Part shown: positions 41,279-50,191 of the stretch, piece after piece
Numbering within the stretch: position 1 is the first letter of the stretch
Layout: every line of letters begins with the position of its first letter
Assembly (NCBI GenBank): GCA_963792365.1
Contig: CAWBVW010000004.1
Span: forward strand, 132,183 to 196,182
Reading direction: 5' to 3'
DNA from: an uncultured bacterium
Lineage (GTDB): Bacteria; Actinomycetota; Acidimicrobiia; Spongiisociales; ZC4RG35
DNA: 64,000 bases
Translations under genes and position numbers: made by a program
The notes under the pieces: model-generated
The model's input: the letters and a program-made list of their open reading frames with translations, nothing else
The model's database searches: none
Told to the model about the DNA's origin: nothing

Positions 41279-43585
41279 CTATTCGATCCGTCCGTTCTTC
41301 TCGGTGACGACCTCGTTCCCGGAGATGGCCGAGCCATACAAAACAGAACCTTGGTCCTTCACCGTCACCTTGCCCCTCAACGAGATGATGGTCCCTCGGA
41401 CGACCGACCCGCTCTCGACCGAGGAGTCCTTGTCGCCGAGGACGTTGAAGATCACATTGTCTGCGGTTACGCCACCGACCAGCACGATCGAGGCACCATC
41501 CTTGAGCTTGATCTTCTCGTCCAGGTTGAAAACGAACACCGCGTCCGCTCCACCGGAGATGGTGAGAACCTCGCCCTTCTCAAGCTCGATCTTCTTGCTC
41601 TCGATCACATTCAAACCGGCGTGCCCGACGATAGTCCCGGTGTCCTTGATCTCGGGGAGCACCTGATCAGCCGACAGACGCGCCAGACCGTGGGAACCGT
41701 CGACGGCATCAGCCACCGCCTGGGAGGCGCTCTGAACGCTCACACCACCCGAGACCACGACCGAGTTCGACCGGCTGTTGTCGGCCGATGGGTCGACGAT
41801 CAACGAGCCGAGGATCGAGCCGGAGCCGAACTCCTGCTTCGAAAGTGGACCGAGGACCACGTCGCCCGCGATGGTGGAACCACTGTCGCTGATCTTCACC
41901 TTGGCTGCCGGCAGACCCAGGACCGCCGAGGTATCAGCCAAACCGAGATCGCCGGCCGACATCGCAACATCTCGAATCCGCCCGCCATCCTCCAGGTTGA
42001 TCGCGTTGCCCCCTACGAGCGTTCCCAAGAGGATCGAGCCTGCACCCTTGATCTTGAACTTGGCGTTGGGAGAGAGGACGGTGCCAACCACCGTGCTTCC
42101 TTCCTCGATCGAATTGTCCTCTGACCCGAGGATGTTGATCAGCACCCGATCGCTCACGAGCCCTCCTGCGACGACGAGAGCGCTTCCGTCCTTCAGCTTG
42201 AACTTGCCCGAGACATTGAGCACGAACGCCGCATCCGGTGGTCCCACCAAGGTGAGGGTCTCAGCATTGTCGAGATCGATCTTCTGGATGGCGATGACGT
42301 TGAGCCCCGAGCCACCGGTGATCGTCACCGAGTTCTTGATCTCACCGAAGGTCTGCATCGGATCGAGGACGGAGGCCGCCAGCGCCGCGTAGGCCGCATC
42401 GGCTGCCGCCTCGGACAGATTCCTCGATTCGGTCCCGCCGGAGATCACCACGTCGTTCCCGTTGCGGTTGTCGGCGGATGGGTCTACCACCAGGGTTCCC
42501 GTGAGCAATCCGTCGTCGAAGTCCTGCTGGCTGTTCGGTCCCAGCGCTACGTCTCCCACCAACCCCGTGAATCGGTCGCCGTCTTTCATCTTGAAGTTCG
42601 ATCCGGCCGAGGCGAAGACGCTGAACCCCTCGGCCGCCCCCAGATCACCAGGAGGGCGGTCGAAGGCGATGCCCGTCAGGTTGTCGAGGCCCAAGGAAGT
42701 CGAGCCGTTGTTCGGAGCGAACGACGAGATGATCTGCGACCCGTCCTTCGTGACCCGATAGGCCTTGTTGGTGACGCGGTCTGTGAGCCACAGCACTCGT
42801 GAAGACTCCACCGTGATGCCCTGCACGTCCAGCAGCGGTTCGGCGGCGAATGCGCCGCCGGTGGTGCTGAAGCTGCTCAACAGCGTGCCGCTGGTGGTGA
42901 TGTTGTAGACGGTGAGCGACTCCCTGTCGGTGATCCACAGGGTCCCCGTGTAGGCGTCGTATGCGATCGCCTGCGGCTCGGCAGCCCCAGGGTCGAAGCG
43001 CGAAGTGGGGAATGACGAGATCAGCGTCCCGTTTTTCCTGACGTTGAAGACGTTGGCAGATATTGCGCTGCCCGCCGGCGAGTCCACCACCCAGAGGGTG
43101 TCGTTGTCAGGCGAAACGGTGACTGCAACACCCTCCGCACCCACGGCGCCAAAAGCCTCGGCTGGGATCGTTCCGATCGGATTGCCTTGGCGGTCGTAGT
43201 TCAACAGTTGTCCGGGCGCCTCCGGCGTGCTGGCCTTCTCGTTCGCGCCCCACAATGTGAGATTGGTCGGGTCGATCGCCACGGAGGAGTTGGCCGTGCC
43301 GCCCTCGCGGGGAATCTGGAATGATTGGATCACGGACCCGTCGAGGTTGACGTGATAGGCCCTGTTGGTGCCATCGTCTGTCAACCACAGAGTGGGACCG
43401 ATCACGGGGTCGGCAAGCGCGGGGCCTGCCAGCACAATCAGCGGCGCCAACGCCATCGCCACAACGAGCCACCATGACACCCGCCGGGCAGTAGCCGCAC
43501 CGGCCTCCTGCTGGCGAGAAGTCCTCGATCGACGTGGAACTCGGTCCGAGCCATCGACGCGACGAACAAGCAAGGCACTGTGCAT
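41279..43585 (-). CDS. Secreted protein: beta-propeller plus two tandem ice-binding-like (DUF3494-like) beta-helix domains
   Basis: Signal-like WWLVVAMALAPLIVLAGPALA|DP; propeller blades LWxxD...GTLISSF; two domains starting GDLGAAEGFSVFA and GDLGLADTSAVLG, with an AxxDA helix, TLTxxG.DAxFVxN and VLVGGVTADNVIFNV. Start is uncertain (GGAG before ATG 43585). Confidence 0.72.
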   Translation of the reverse strand: MHSALLVRRVDGSDRVPRRSRTSRQQEAGAATARRVSWWLVVAMALAPLIVLAGPALADPVIGPTLWLTDDGTNRAYHVNLDGSVIQSFQIPREGGTANSSVAIDPTNLTLWGANEKASTPEAPGQLLNYDRQGNPIGTIPAEAFGAVGAEGVAVTVSPDNDTLWVVDSPAGSAISANVFNVRKNGTLISSFPTSRFDPGAAEPQAIAYDAYTGTLWITDRESLTVYNITTSGTLLSSFSTTGGAFAAEPLLDVQGITVESSRVLWLTDRVTNKAYRVTKDGSQIISSFAPNNGSTSLGLDNLTGIAFDRPPGDLGAAEGFSVFASAGSNFKMKDGDRFTGLVGDVALGPNSQQDFDDGLLTGTLVVDPSADNRNGNDVVISGGTESRNLSEAAADAAYAALAASVLDPMQTFGEIKNSVTITGGSGLNVIAIQKIDLDNAETLTLVGPPDAAFVLNVSGKFKLKDGSALVVAGGLVSDRVLINILGSEDNSIEEGSTVVGTVLSPNAKFKIKGAGSILLGTLVGGNAINLEDGGRIRDVAMSAGDLGLADTSAVLGLPAAKVKISDSGSTIAGDVVLGPLSKQEFGSGSILGSLIVDPSADNSRSNSVVVSGGVSVQSASQAVADAVDGSHGLARLSADQVLPEIKDTGTIVGHAGLNVIESKKIELEKGEVLTISGGADAVFVFNLDEKIKLKDGASIVLVGGVTADNVIFNVLGDKDSSVESGSVVRGTIISLRGKVTVKDQGSVLYGSAISGNEVVTEKNGRIE

Positions 43586-43787
43586 GCGCCACTCCCATTC
43601 CTGCCTACGCCCGGAATCCGCTCCCGGCCCGGACGTTCCCCGTACCTGCGACACAAATCGTGTCGCAGTCCCTTCCGATGCTTCCAGCGGAACCCCATTT
43701 CCGCTGGGAGCGACTGGTTCATGCTACCCGGAGCGCCGACCGCGTACAGGTGTAGATCGTTGTCGTCTCCGATCGCGGCCGAGGACG

Positions 43788-43840
43788 GGGTTTTGGTGCA
43801 CAAAAGGTGCGCTATTCACGCACTTTGTGCACCAAAACCC
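43788..43840. repeat. REP-like palindrome, copy 3
   Basis: GGGTTTTGGTGCACAAA-AGGTGCGCTATTCACGCAC-TTTGTGCACCAAAACCC, downstream of the enoyl-CoA hydratase stop. Confidence 0.85.
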
Positions 43841-43862
43841 TCTTCGGCAGCCCTTCTTCGGC

Positions 43863-44627
43863 TCAGAATTGGGGAGGCCGCTTCTCGAGGAAGGCCCGGA
43901 CTCCTTCGGAATGCTCGGGTCCGAGCGCGGCATCGCGCTCCAGCCTCTTCGCAACGAGCTCCACCTCGGACGCGGCGCGTTCTGTGAGGTTGACGATCTC
44001 TTTCATGGCCCGGACCGCCGAGGGGCCGTTGGCGGCGATCTCGGTCACGAGCCGGTCGACACCCTCGTCGAGCTCGCCCGGCTCGTACAGCTGATCCAGA
44101 AACCCGATCGCCCGGGCCTCGACGGCGTCGAAGCTCCGTGCGCTGAACAGCAGCCGCTTGGCTTGACCGGGTCCGAGCAGCCACACCAACCGCCGGAGGG
44201 CGGGATACGGATACAGAAGGCCCAGGCGCGCAGGAGGTATCGAGAACCCCGCCGTGTGGTCGCCGAGACGGATGTCACAGCACACCGCTATTCCAACTCC
44301 CCCTCCGTGACACGCTCCGCGGATGACGGCGATCGCCGGTTTCGGAAACTCGATCAACGCCGAGAACGCAGCTTGGATCACGGCGAGACCCCTGTCGGCC
44401 CCCTCCGGATGCTCGAGCCCTTTCCTCAGCTCTGTGACGTCGGCGCCCGCGGAGAAGACTCGAGCATCGGTGCTCTCGAGGACCAATACTCGGACGGCTT
44501 CTTGCTCGGCTGCCATGTCGAGCAGGCCGGGCATCTGTGCCCACATCTCCTCGGTGAAGGCATTGTGGCGATCGGGGCGATCGATGAGCAGGTTCGCAAT
44601 CGGCCCATCGGTTTCGAGACGCAGCAT
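43863..44627 (-). CDS. Enoyl-CoA hydratase/isomerase family protein
   Basis: RPDRHNA, FSAGAD, PKPAIA, GGGVGIAVCCDIR, EGVRAFLEKRPPQF. Confidence 0.92.
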   Translation of the reverse strand: MLRLETDGPIANLLIDRPDRHNAFTEEMWAQMPGLLDMAAEQEAVRVLVLESTDARVFSAGADVTELRKGLEHPEGADRGLAVIQAAFSALIEFPKPAIAVIRGACHGGGVGIAVCCDIRLGDHTAGFSIPPARLGLLYPYPALRRLVWLLGPGQAKRLLFSARSFDAVEARAIGFLDQLYEPGELDEGVDRLVTEIAANGPSAVRAMKEIVNLTERAASEVELVAKRLERDAALGPEHSEGVRAFLEKRPPQF

Positions 44628-44664
44628 GCCGGCGATTGTGGCATCCGCCCTCGTGTTGCGGGTC

Positions 44665-45591
44665 TCAGGCGGAACGGCTGGCTTCCTCGAATGGCAGCTT
44701 CTGCTTGAAGAGGTGTTCGGGGACGTCGGCGCCCGCGCGAATGAGCGAAATACGCCATCGGGGGGATGAGCCCAGGGCCCACCGCAGGAAGCCGGTCGAG
44801 GCCCGACCGAGCGCCTCGGATCCGGGAGAGACCTTCACGTCGAGCACCGAGCGAACTCGTTCGGGGATGATCGCAACGGCGGCCTTCGCCAACACCACGT
44901 ACCCGGCCTTGATCGCAAAGTCGAGTGGCGGGTCCTGCAGGAAGGCCATCGCCTCCTCCATGCCGGGCGATGCGCCGACCTCGGGGTGGTTCGCGACCCA
45001 ATCGGCGAGCTCCTGAGCCGTCTGCGGGAGGGGATCGGCGTCGAGAAGCCTGCCGATCTCGGCCTGCTCTCGAACGAACTGGTCGGCTTCTGCCTCGAGC
45101 AGACGACGACGCCCGTAGGCCTGATTGGCCGCGAGGAAGGAGTCGGTCAGCGAATTGTGGACCCAGGCTGCAAACCGTGGGGTACCGGCCGTGTATGCGA
45201 CATCCCGGTGCGACCTTCCTTTGACCGGTCGATGGGCACGACGAACCTCGGCAACGGCCGCTTCGACTTCGGGCATCGCTCCGTAGCTCGTGGCGGTCAC
45301 ATAGTTCGAGGTTCTCGAGAGACGTCCGAGCGGGTCGGTGCGGTAACTCGAATGGTCCTTCACCCCAGCAACCACCTCGGGGTGCGCGGCCTGGATCATG
45401 AGCGCCCGGATCCCGCCCACGAATGTCGCCGGATCCCCCATGACCTCCCACGTGACCGAGCCGGGTCCGAACAACCCGAGGTCACCGCGATGGTCGAGGG
45501 TGTTAGCCAGCGGATCGTCGGCATGGGCGAACAGCCCGGTGGTGTTCGCGACCACTCGGCGTCTCCAACGGTCGATCGGGTTCTTCGACAT
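44665..45591 (-). CDS. MpaB/DUF2236 family oxygenase
   Basis: GLFGPGSVTWEV, RALMIQAAHP, GVKDHS, RLSRT, WVH; start MSKNPIDRW. Confidence 0.88.
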   Translation of the reverse strand: MSKNPIDRWRRRVVANTTGLFAHADDPLANTLDHRGDLGLFGPGSVTWEVMGDPATFVGGIRALMIQAAHPEVVAGVKDHSSYRTDPLGRLSRTSNYVTATSYGAMPEVEAAVAEVRRAHRPVKGRSHRDVAYTAGTPRFAAWVHNSLTDSFLAANQAYGRRRLLEAEADQFVREQAEIGRLLDADPLPQTAQELADWVANHPEVGASPGMEEAMAFLQDPPLDFAIKAGYVVLAKAAVAIIPERVRSVLDVKVSPGSEALGRASTGFLRWALGSSPRWRISLIRAGADVPEHLFKQKLPFEEASRSA

Positions 45592-45661
45592 CGCCGACAG
45601 TGTGTCAGGCCCCGACGCCAAGCGGTAGCCCAAGCCGAAGAAGGTGTGCCATGGTGGCGGC

Positions 45662-46276
45662 GTGGCGAATCTCTTCGTGATCGTGGCGACAGCAATCGCG
45701 TGGTGGTCGCTGATCCCCCAGATCGTGCGGTTGGTGAGGACGAAGGATCCGAGCGGTGTGTCGTCGGCATGGCCGGCGATCGGTTTGGCCACCAACGCCG
45801 GATGGACCGCATATCTCTCCGCCCAGGGTCTATGGGCCGCCGTGCCATCGACCGCCGTCATGACGATCTCCTACTCGCTGGTGATCTGGGCACTGAGAAG
45901 CGCCGGAGGAGCCCATCGGCTCGGCGGCGCCGCCGGATTGACTTGGGCGACCACGCTCGTGGCCATGTGGGCGGTCGCAGGTTGGCGCAGTGTCGGCGTT
46001 GCGCTGGCGGCCTCGTACGTCGTGCAGTTCACGCCTGCAGTCGTCACCGCCTACCGATCGGCGGCACCAACAGGTGTTGCCCCCGTGACGTGGGCTTCGA
46101 TCGTAATCGAGTCGTTGCTGTGGGGTGCCTACGGCGTCGTCAACCAGGACCTGCCGATCGTAGCCTACGCGGCGGTCGGTGTCCTCGGCGGTGGGGCGAT
46201 CCTCGCCCGCTACCGGTCGCGGGTGGAGAGTGCCTCGACCGGGGCTGCCGGCAGCGACACCACGAAGCAGGTATGA
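45662..46276 (+). CDS. PQ-loop repeat (SWEET-like) membrane protein
   Basis: LIPQIVRLVRTKDPSGVS and second repeat FTPAVVTAYRSAAPTGVA; about 7 TM helices. Confidence 0.75.
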   Translation: MANLFVIVATAIAWWSLIPQIVRLVRTKDPSGVSSAWPAIGLATNAGWTAYLSAQGLWAAVPSTAVMTISYSLVIWALRSAGGAHRLGGAAGLTWATTLVAMWAVAGWRSVGVALAASYVVQFTPAVVTAYRSAAPTGVAPVTWASIVIESLLWGAYGVVNQDLPIVAYAAVGVLGGGAILARYRSRVESASTGAAGSDTTKQV

Positions 46277-48213
46277 GGACCCAACCGCCGATACTCGAGG
46301 TCCCCGCCCATGAGACGTGCCAACTGAAGCGATACGGACAGCCCGAGCCCCACCGAGGATGGGTTCGCATGGCCCCCCGATGCCCGGCCGTACGGCTGGA
46401 AGATCTCTTCGAGTGACTCAGGCGGAACGCCGTCACCATCATCGAACACGCGCAGCTCCACCTGGTCGTCGCATCGGGCCACCTCGACCCAGATGTTCGA
46501 GCCTCCGTAGCGGAGTGCGTTGGTGATGAGATTCCTGACGATCTGACGGAGTCGCATGGGGTCGGCAAGGGCACGGTCCGTGGCACCGCGCGGGACCGGA
46601 TTCAGGGTCTGACCGGCGGGGCCGACCTTGCGAGCATGACTGGTGAGGACAGGTTCGAGCGACTCGACCACGTCCATCTCCACCGGCTTGACGACCAACG
46701 TCCCGATGTCGGCCCTCGCCGCCACGAGGAGGTCTTCGATGATGCTTCCAAGTTCATTGCTCTGCTCGTAGATGTGGCCCAGGAACTCGTCCATCTCTTC
46801 CGGACCGAAGAACTCTCGATTGTTCCGAAGCTCCTGAGCGAGCCCGACGATTCCGGTGAGCGGTGTGCGGAGCTCGTGGGAGACCGAGGCGATGAACTGG
46901 TCCTTGGAGGCGACGAGCTCCTCGAGTCGCTCCTTCAGGCGCATGACCTCGGACAGAGAATGCTCCAGACGGCCGTTCTCGAGTGAAACACCAAGGCGCC
47001 CGGACAACGTCTCAAGGATCTTCAGGTCCCGATCGGTGAAGGTGCCAACCGCGCTCAACGGGTCGGCGACCAACATGAAGCCGCTGTGTCGCTCACCGGC
47101 CATGAGCGGTGCGACCATGACCATGCGATCGGGCGACGGCGTCAATCCGTTCCACTCGACATGGTCGTCGACGCGGAGGATCGCACCCTCCATTGCGCCT
47201 GTGAGACGTGGCCACACCCCGGCAGCGGCATCGTAGAAGACAGGGACCATCGTCTCGTCGCCCGATGTCGAAGAGACGGTGCGGTAGCTCAATGGACCAT
47301 CCGACGTGAGAATCACGTGCACCGCTTCGGCCTCGAACAAGTCTCTGGCGCCGGATGCGGCGGCCGACACGGCGTCTTCGATAAGCGGCGCTGCATGGAG
47401 TGCCAACGTCAACTCGTACAGCGCCTCGATTCGGGCTCGCTCGTCCCTTTGACTCGTGTATGCCCGATAGGCGATGAACAGGATCGCCGTCGGAACGAGC
47501 GCCAACCAGGCGGACTCCGGGCGAAGGATGAAAAGCGTGACGAGCAGAAGGGCGAGACCGGTGTTGACCGAACCGGCCACGAGCCCGAAACCGATGACCG
47601 ACGCCAGCTCTGAGGGATTGACACCGCCACCGGTCAACCAGATCGCGGCGGTCACCAACGCGTCGGCCACTGCGAAGGCGGCAGCGACCCCGACGAACGC
47701 TGCGAACCAACCCGTCACGCCGAGCGGATCGAAACCTTCGATCAACGCCTTGAACACGGCGTGGCCGACCACCACCTGAGCCGCGAAGCAGACCAGGTTG
47801 AACCAGAGCTTCACCCCGCGTTGACGGCGGACGAAGGTGAGTGCGACGAGATTGCCGATGATGACCGCCACCACGAGGTCGATGGTGCCGGTGAGAAAGA
47901 ACCCGATGACGAGCGGGACATCGCTCAACGAGAACGAATGAGCATCCCGGCGAAACCGCATGTGGACCACGGCGAGCTCCGCCATGGCGAAGATCGGTGC
48001 AAGCACGTACCAAGGGAGCTGGATCGGGAGATTCGCTGCGGGCATCCGATCGACGATCGGAATCAGGAACAGCAGAATCAGCGCAGTGCCCAGACCCAGC
48101 ACGGCGACGCGATGAGTACGGGTGAACACCCATCGTCGGTCCCGAGAGGTTCCTCGGAGCCGATCCCATACTTCGCCGCCGGTGGTGGTTGGACCTGCAC
48201 TCACGGTTTCCAT
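46210..48213 (-). CDS. Membrane sensor histidine kinase (multi-TM, GAF, HisKA, HATPase)
   Basis: SVSHELRTPLTGI, NLITNALRYG, DDGDGV, GLGLSVS. Start may be GTG 48204. Confidence 0.92.
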   Translation of the reverse strand: METVSAGPTTTGGEVWDRLRGTSRDRRWVFTRTHRVAVLGLGTALILLFLIPIVDRMPAANLPIQLPWYVLAPIFAMAELAVVHMRFRRDAHSFSLSDVPLVIGFFLTGTIDLVVAVIIGNLVALTFVRRQRGVKLWFNLVCFAAQVVVGHAVFKALIEGFDPLGVTGWFAAFVGVAAAFAVADALVTAAIWLTGGGVNPSELASVIGFGLVAGSVNTGLALLLVTLFILRPESAWLALVPTAILFIAYRAYTSQRDERARIEALYELTLALHAAPLIEDAVSAAASGARDLFEAEAVHVILTSDGPLSYRTVSSTSGDETMVPVFYDAAAGVWPRLTGAMEGAILRVDDHVEWNGLTPSPDRMVMVAPLMAGERHSGFMLVADPLSAVGTFTDRDLKILETLSGRLGVSLENGRLEHSLSEVMRLKERLEELVASKDQFIASVSHELRTPLTGIVGLAQELRNNREFFGPEEMDEFLGHIYEQSNELGSIIEDLLVAARADIGTLVVKPVEMDVVESLEPVLTSHARKVGPAGQTLNPVPRGATDRALADPMRLRQIVRNLITNALRYGGSNIWVEVARCDDQVELRVFDDGDGVPPESLEEIFQPYGRASGGHANPSSVGLGLSVSLQLARLMGGDLEYRRLGPHTCFVVSLPAAPVEALSTRDR

Positions 48214-48394
48214 ATCGGCAAAACAGCCCTGAACATGCATGACTATTGCTCAGATGGGCCCCGTGACTAGCCCGCCGGCCCTACGCACCGTGGCGGCCTC
48301 GAGCGGTCTCGACTCGGCTCGGATCGAGTGGTTGCGATGCGGTGGATCGAGAGAGTCCAGGGAGGGGCGTGACACCTTCCCGAGGGGATGCGCC

Positions 48395-49543
48395 TCACCC
48401 CTTTCTCGACATCCATCCCGCGATCCGTGCCACCGCCTCGTCGATCTCGGCTGTCGCCTCGGAATAGGAGAGCCTGACAAAACGGTGTCCATGGTGGGGA
48501 TCGAAGTCGACGCCGGGAGTCACGGCAACACCGATCTCATCGAGCCAGCGCCGGCTCAACTCCTGGCTGTCGGCGGCGATGTCCGAGACGTCGAGCCACA
48601 CGTAGAAGGCACCGTCGGCGGGCGCCATCCGGTCGAGCCCGACGCTCCTGAGCCCTCTGATGAGGATCTCGCGATTCGTGCGGTAGCGTGCGACGTTCTG
48701 TTCCAGTTGGTCCGTGGCCTGAAGGGCTGCGAGGGCCGCGAACTGTGAGATCGTCGGAGGTGAGATGAAGAGGTTCTGTGCGAGGCGTTCGATCGGCCGA
48801 ACCAGCGCTTCGGGGGCAACCATCCATCCGAGCCGCCACCCGGTCATCGAGAAGTACTTCGAGAACGACTGAACGACGATGGCCGACTGCGAGTGTCGTA
48901 TGGCAGTGTCCTGCGCCTGGTCGTAGACGAGGCCGTGGTAGATCTCGTCGGACACGAGCGTGACACCGAGATCGTCGCAGTACGTGGTCAGTTCAGCGAG
49001 CTCTGCCGGTGACACCATCGTGCCGGTGGGGTTGGAAGGGCTGGCGAGCACGAACCCGTCGAGCGGCGAATGGGCATCCAACAGATCCGGCGTTGGTCGG
49101 TAGCCCGTGTCGGGGCCGACCTCGATCCCCACCAATTCGAGGTCGAGCGCCCCGATGATGTTGCGATAAGCGGCGTATCCGGGTTCGGTGATCCCGATTC
49201 GTGCGCCCGCATCGAAGGCCGCGAGCACGGCGAGCACGAACCCGCCCGATGCACCGACCGTCGTCACGACGCGCTCCGGTGACAGCTCGACACCGTAGAC
49301 GGCTTCGTGGCGAGCGGCGATCGCGGCGCGCAGCTCGGGAATACCGCGAGCGTCGCTGTACCCGAGCCGATCCGACTCGATCGCACCGATGGCCGCAGCT
49401 CGGGCCGCTTCCGGCGCCGGAGTGGAAGGCTGGCCCACCTCCAGGTGAAGCACGTCTCCCTTCACACGATCACGCTCGGCCGCTGCCTTCATCACCTCCA
49501 TCACAAGAAAAGGCGCGACGTCTGAGCGACGGGACGGACTCAT
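48395..49543 (-). CDS. PLP-dependent aminotransferase class I/II
   Basis: LEVGQP, SPSNPTG, SDEIYHG, SFSKYFSMTGWRLG. Confidence 0.93.
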   Translation of the reverse strand: MSPSRRSDVAPFLVMEVMKAAAERDRVKGDVLHLEVGQPSTPAPEAARAAAIGAIESDRLGYSDARGIPELRAAIAARHEAVYGVELSPERVVTTVGASGGFVLAVLAAFDAGARIGITEPGYAAYRNIIGALDLELVGIEVGPDTGYRPTPDLLDAHSPLDGFVLASPSNPTGTMVSPAELAELTTYCDDLGVTLVSDEIYHGLVYDQAQDTAIRHSQSAIVVQSFSKYFSMTGWRLGWMVAPEALVRPIERLAQNLFISPPTISQFAALAALQATDQLEQNVARYRTNREILIRGLRSVGLDRMAPADGAFYVWLDVSDIAADSQELSRRWLDEIGVAVTPGVDFDPHHGHRFVRLSYSEATAEIDEAVARIAGWMSRKG

Positions 49544-49677
49544 GCGTGCAGGCTACCCGGGGCGCGTGGACCCCAGTCGATGGCGCCCGGCGGGCCTACG
49601 ACCGCAAGTGCACGACGTGTGCCACGACCATCGCGAGAATGAGTCCAGTGGCTGGCACCAGTCCTAGGATCGAGAGC

Positions 49678-50184
49678 ATGAAGATGCCAGATTCCCTCGC
49701 AGGGCAGTTCAACCAACAGATCACACTCGAACTGGCGTCGTCCCTCGCCTACCTCCAGATGGCGGCCTTCCTCGAAGCCCGCAGTCTCAAAGGCATGGCG
49801 GCGTGGATGCGGATCCAGGCCGAAGAGGAGCGAGTCCACGCGCTGAAGTTCTTCGACTACGTGCTCGATCGCGGCAACGACGTCCACATCGGTGGAACGG
49901 ATGCTCCTTCCATGGACTTCGAGAAACCGGTCGATGTGTTCCGGGCCGCTCTCGCCCAGGAGGAGCATGTCAGCGCCGCCATCAAGGATCTCTATCGGGC
50001 GGCGACCGACGAGGCGGACGCCTCCAGCTTTCCTTTGCTCCAGTGGTTCCTCGAGGAGCAGGTGGAAGAGGAGGCGACCGTCTCCGAGATCGTGGATCAG
50101 CTCGAGATGATCGGCGATGACGGCGGGGCGCTGCTGCTGCTCGACCGTGAGCTCGGTGGGAGAACCAACGGCGCAGAAGGGTGA
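49678..50184 (+). CDS. ftnA: Non-heme ferritin
   Basis: QITLELASS..YL, QAEEERVHA, LQWFLEEQVEEE, LDREL. Confidence 0.93.
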   Translation: MKMPDSLAGQFNQQITLELASSLAYLQMAAFLEARSLKGMAAWMRIQAEEERVHALKFFDYVLDRGNDVHIGGTDAPSMDFEKPVDVFRAALAQEEHVSAAIKDLYRAATDEADASSFPLLQWFLEEQVEEEATVSEIVDQLEMIGDDGGALLLLDRELGGRTNGAEG

Positions 50185-50191
50185 CGACTTG

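Noticed and set aside
48205-48245. Sigma-28/WhiG-type promoter (GCCGATAT) before the histidine kinase
   Set aside because: The -10 matches, but there is no convincing TAAA-type -35 at the right spacing.
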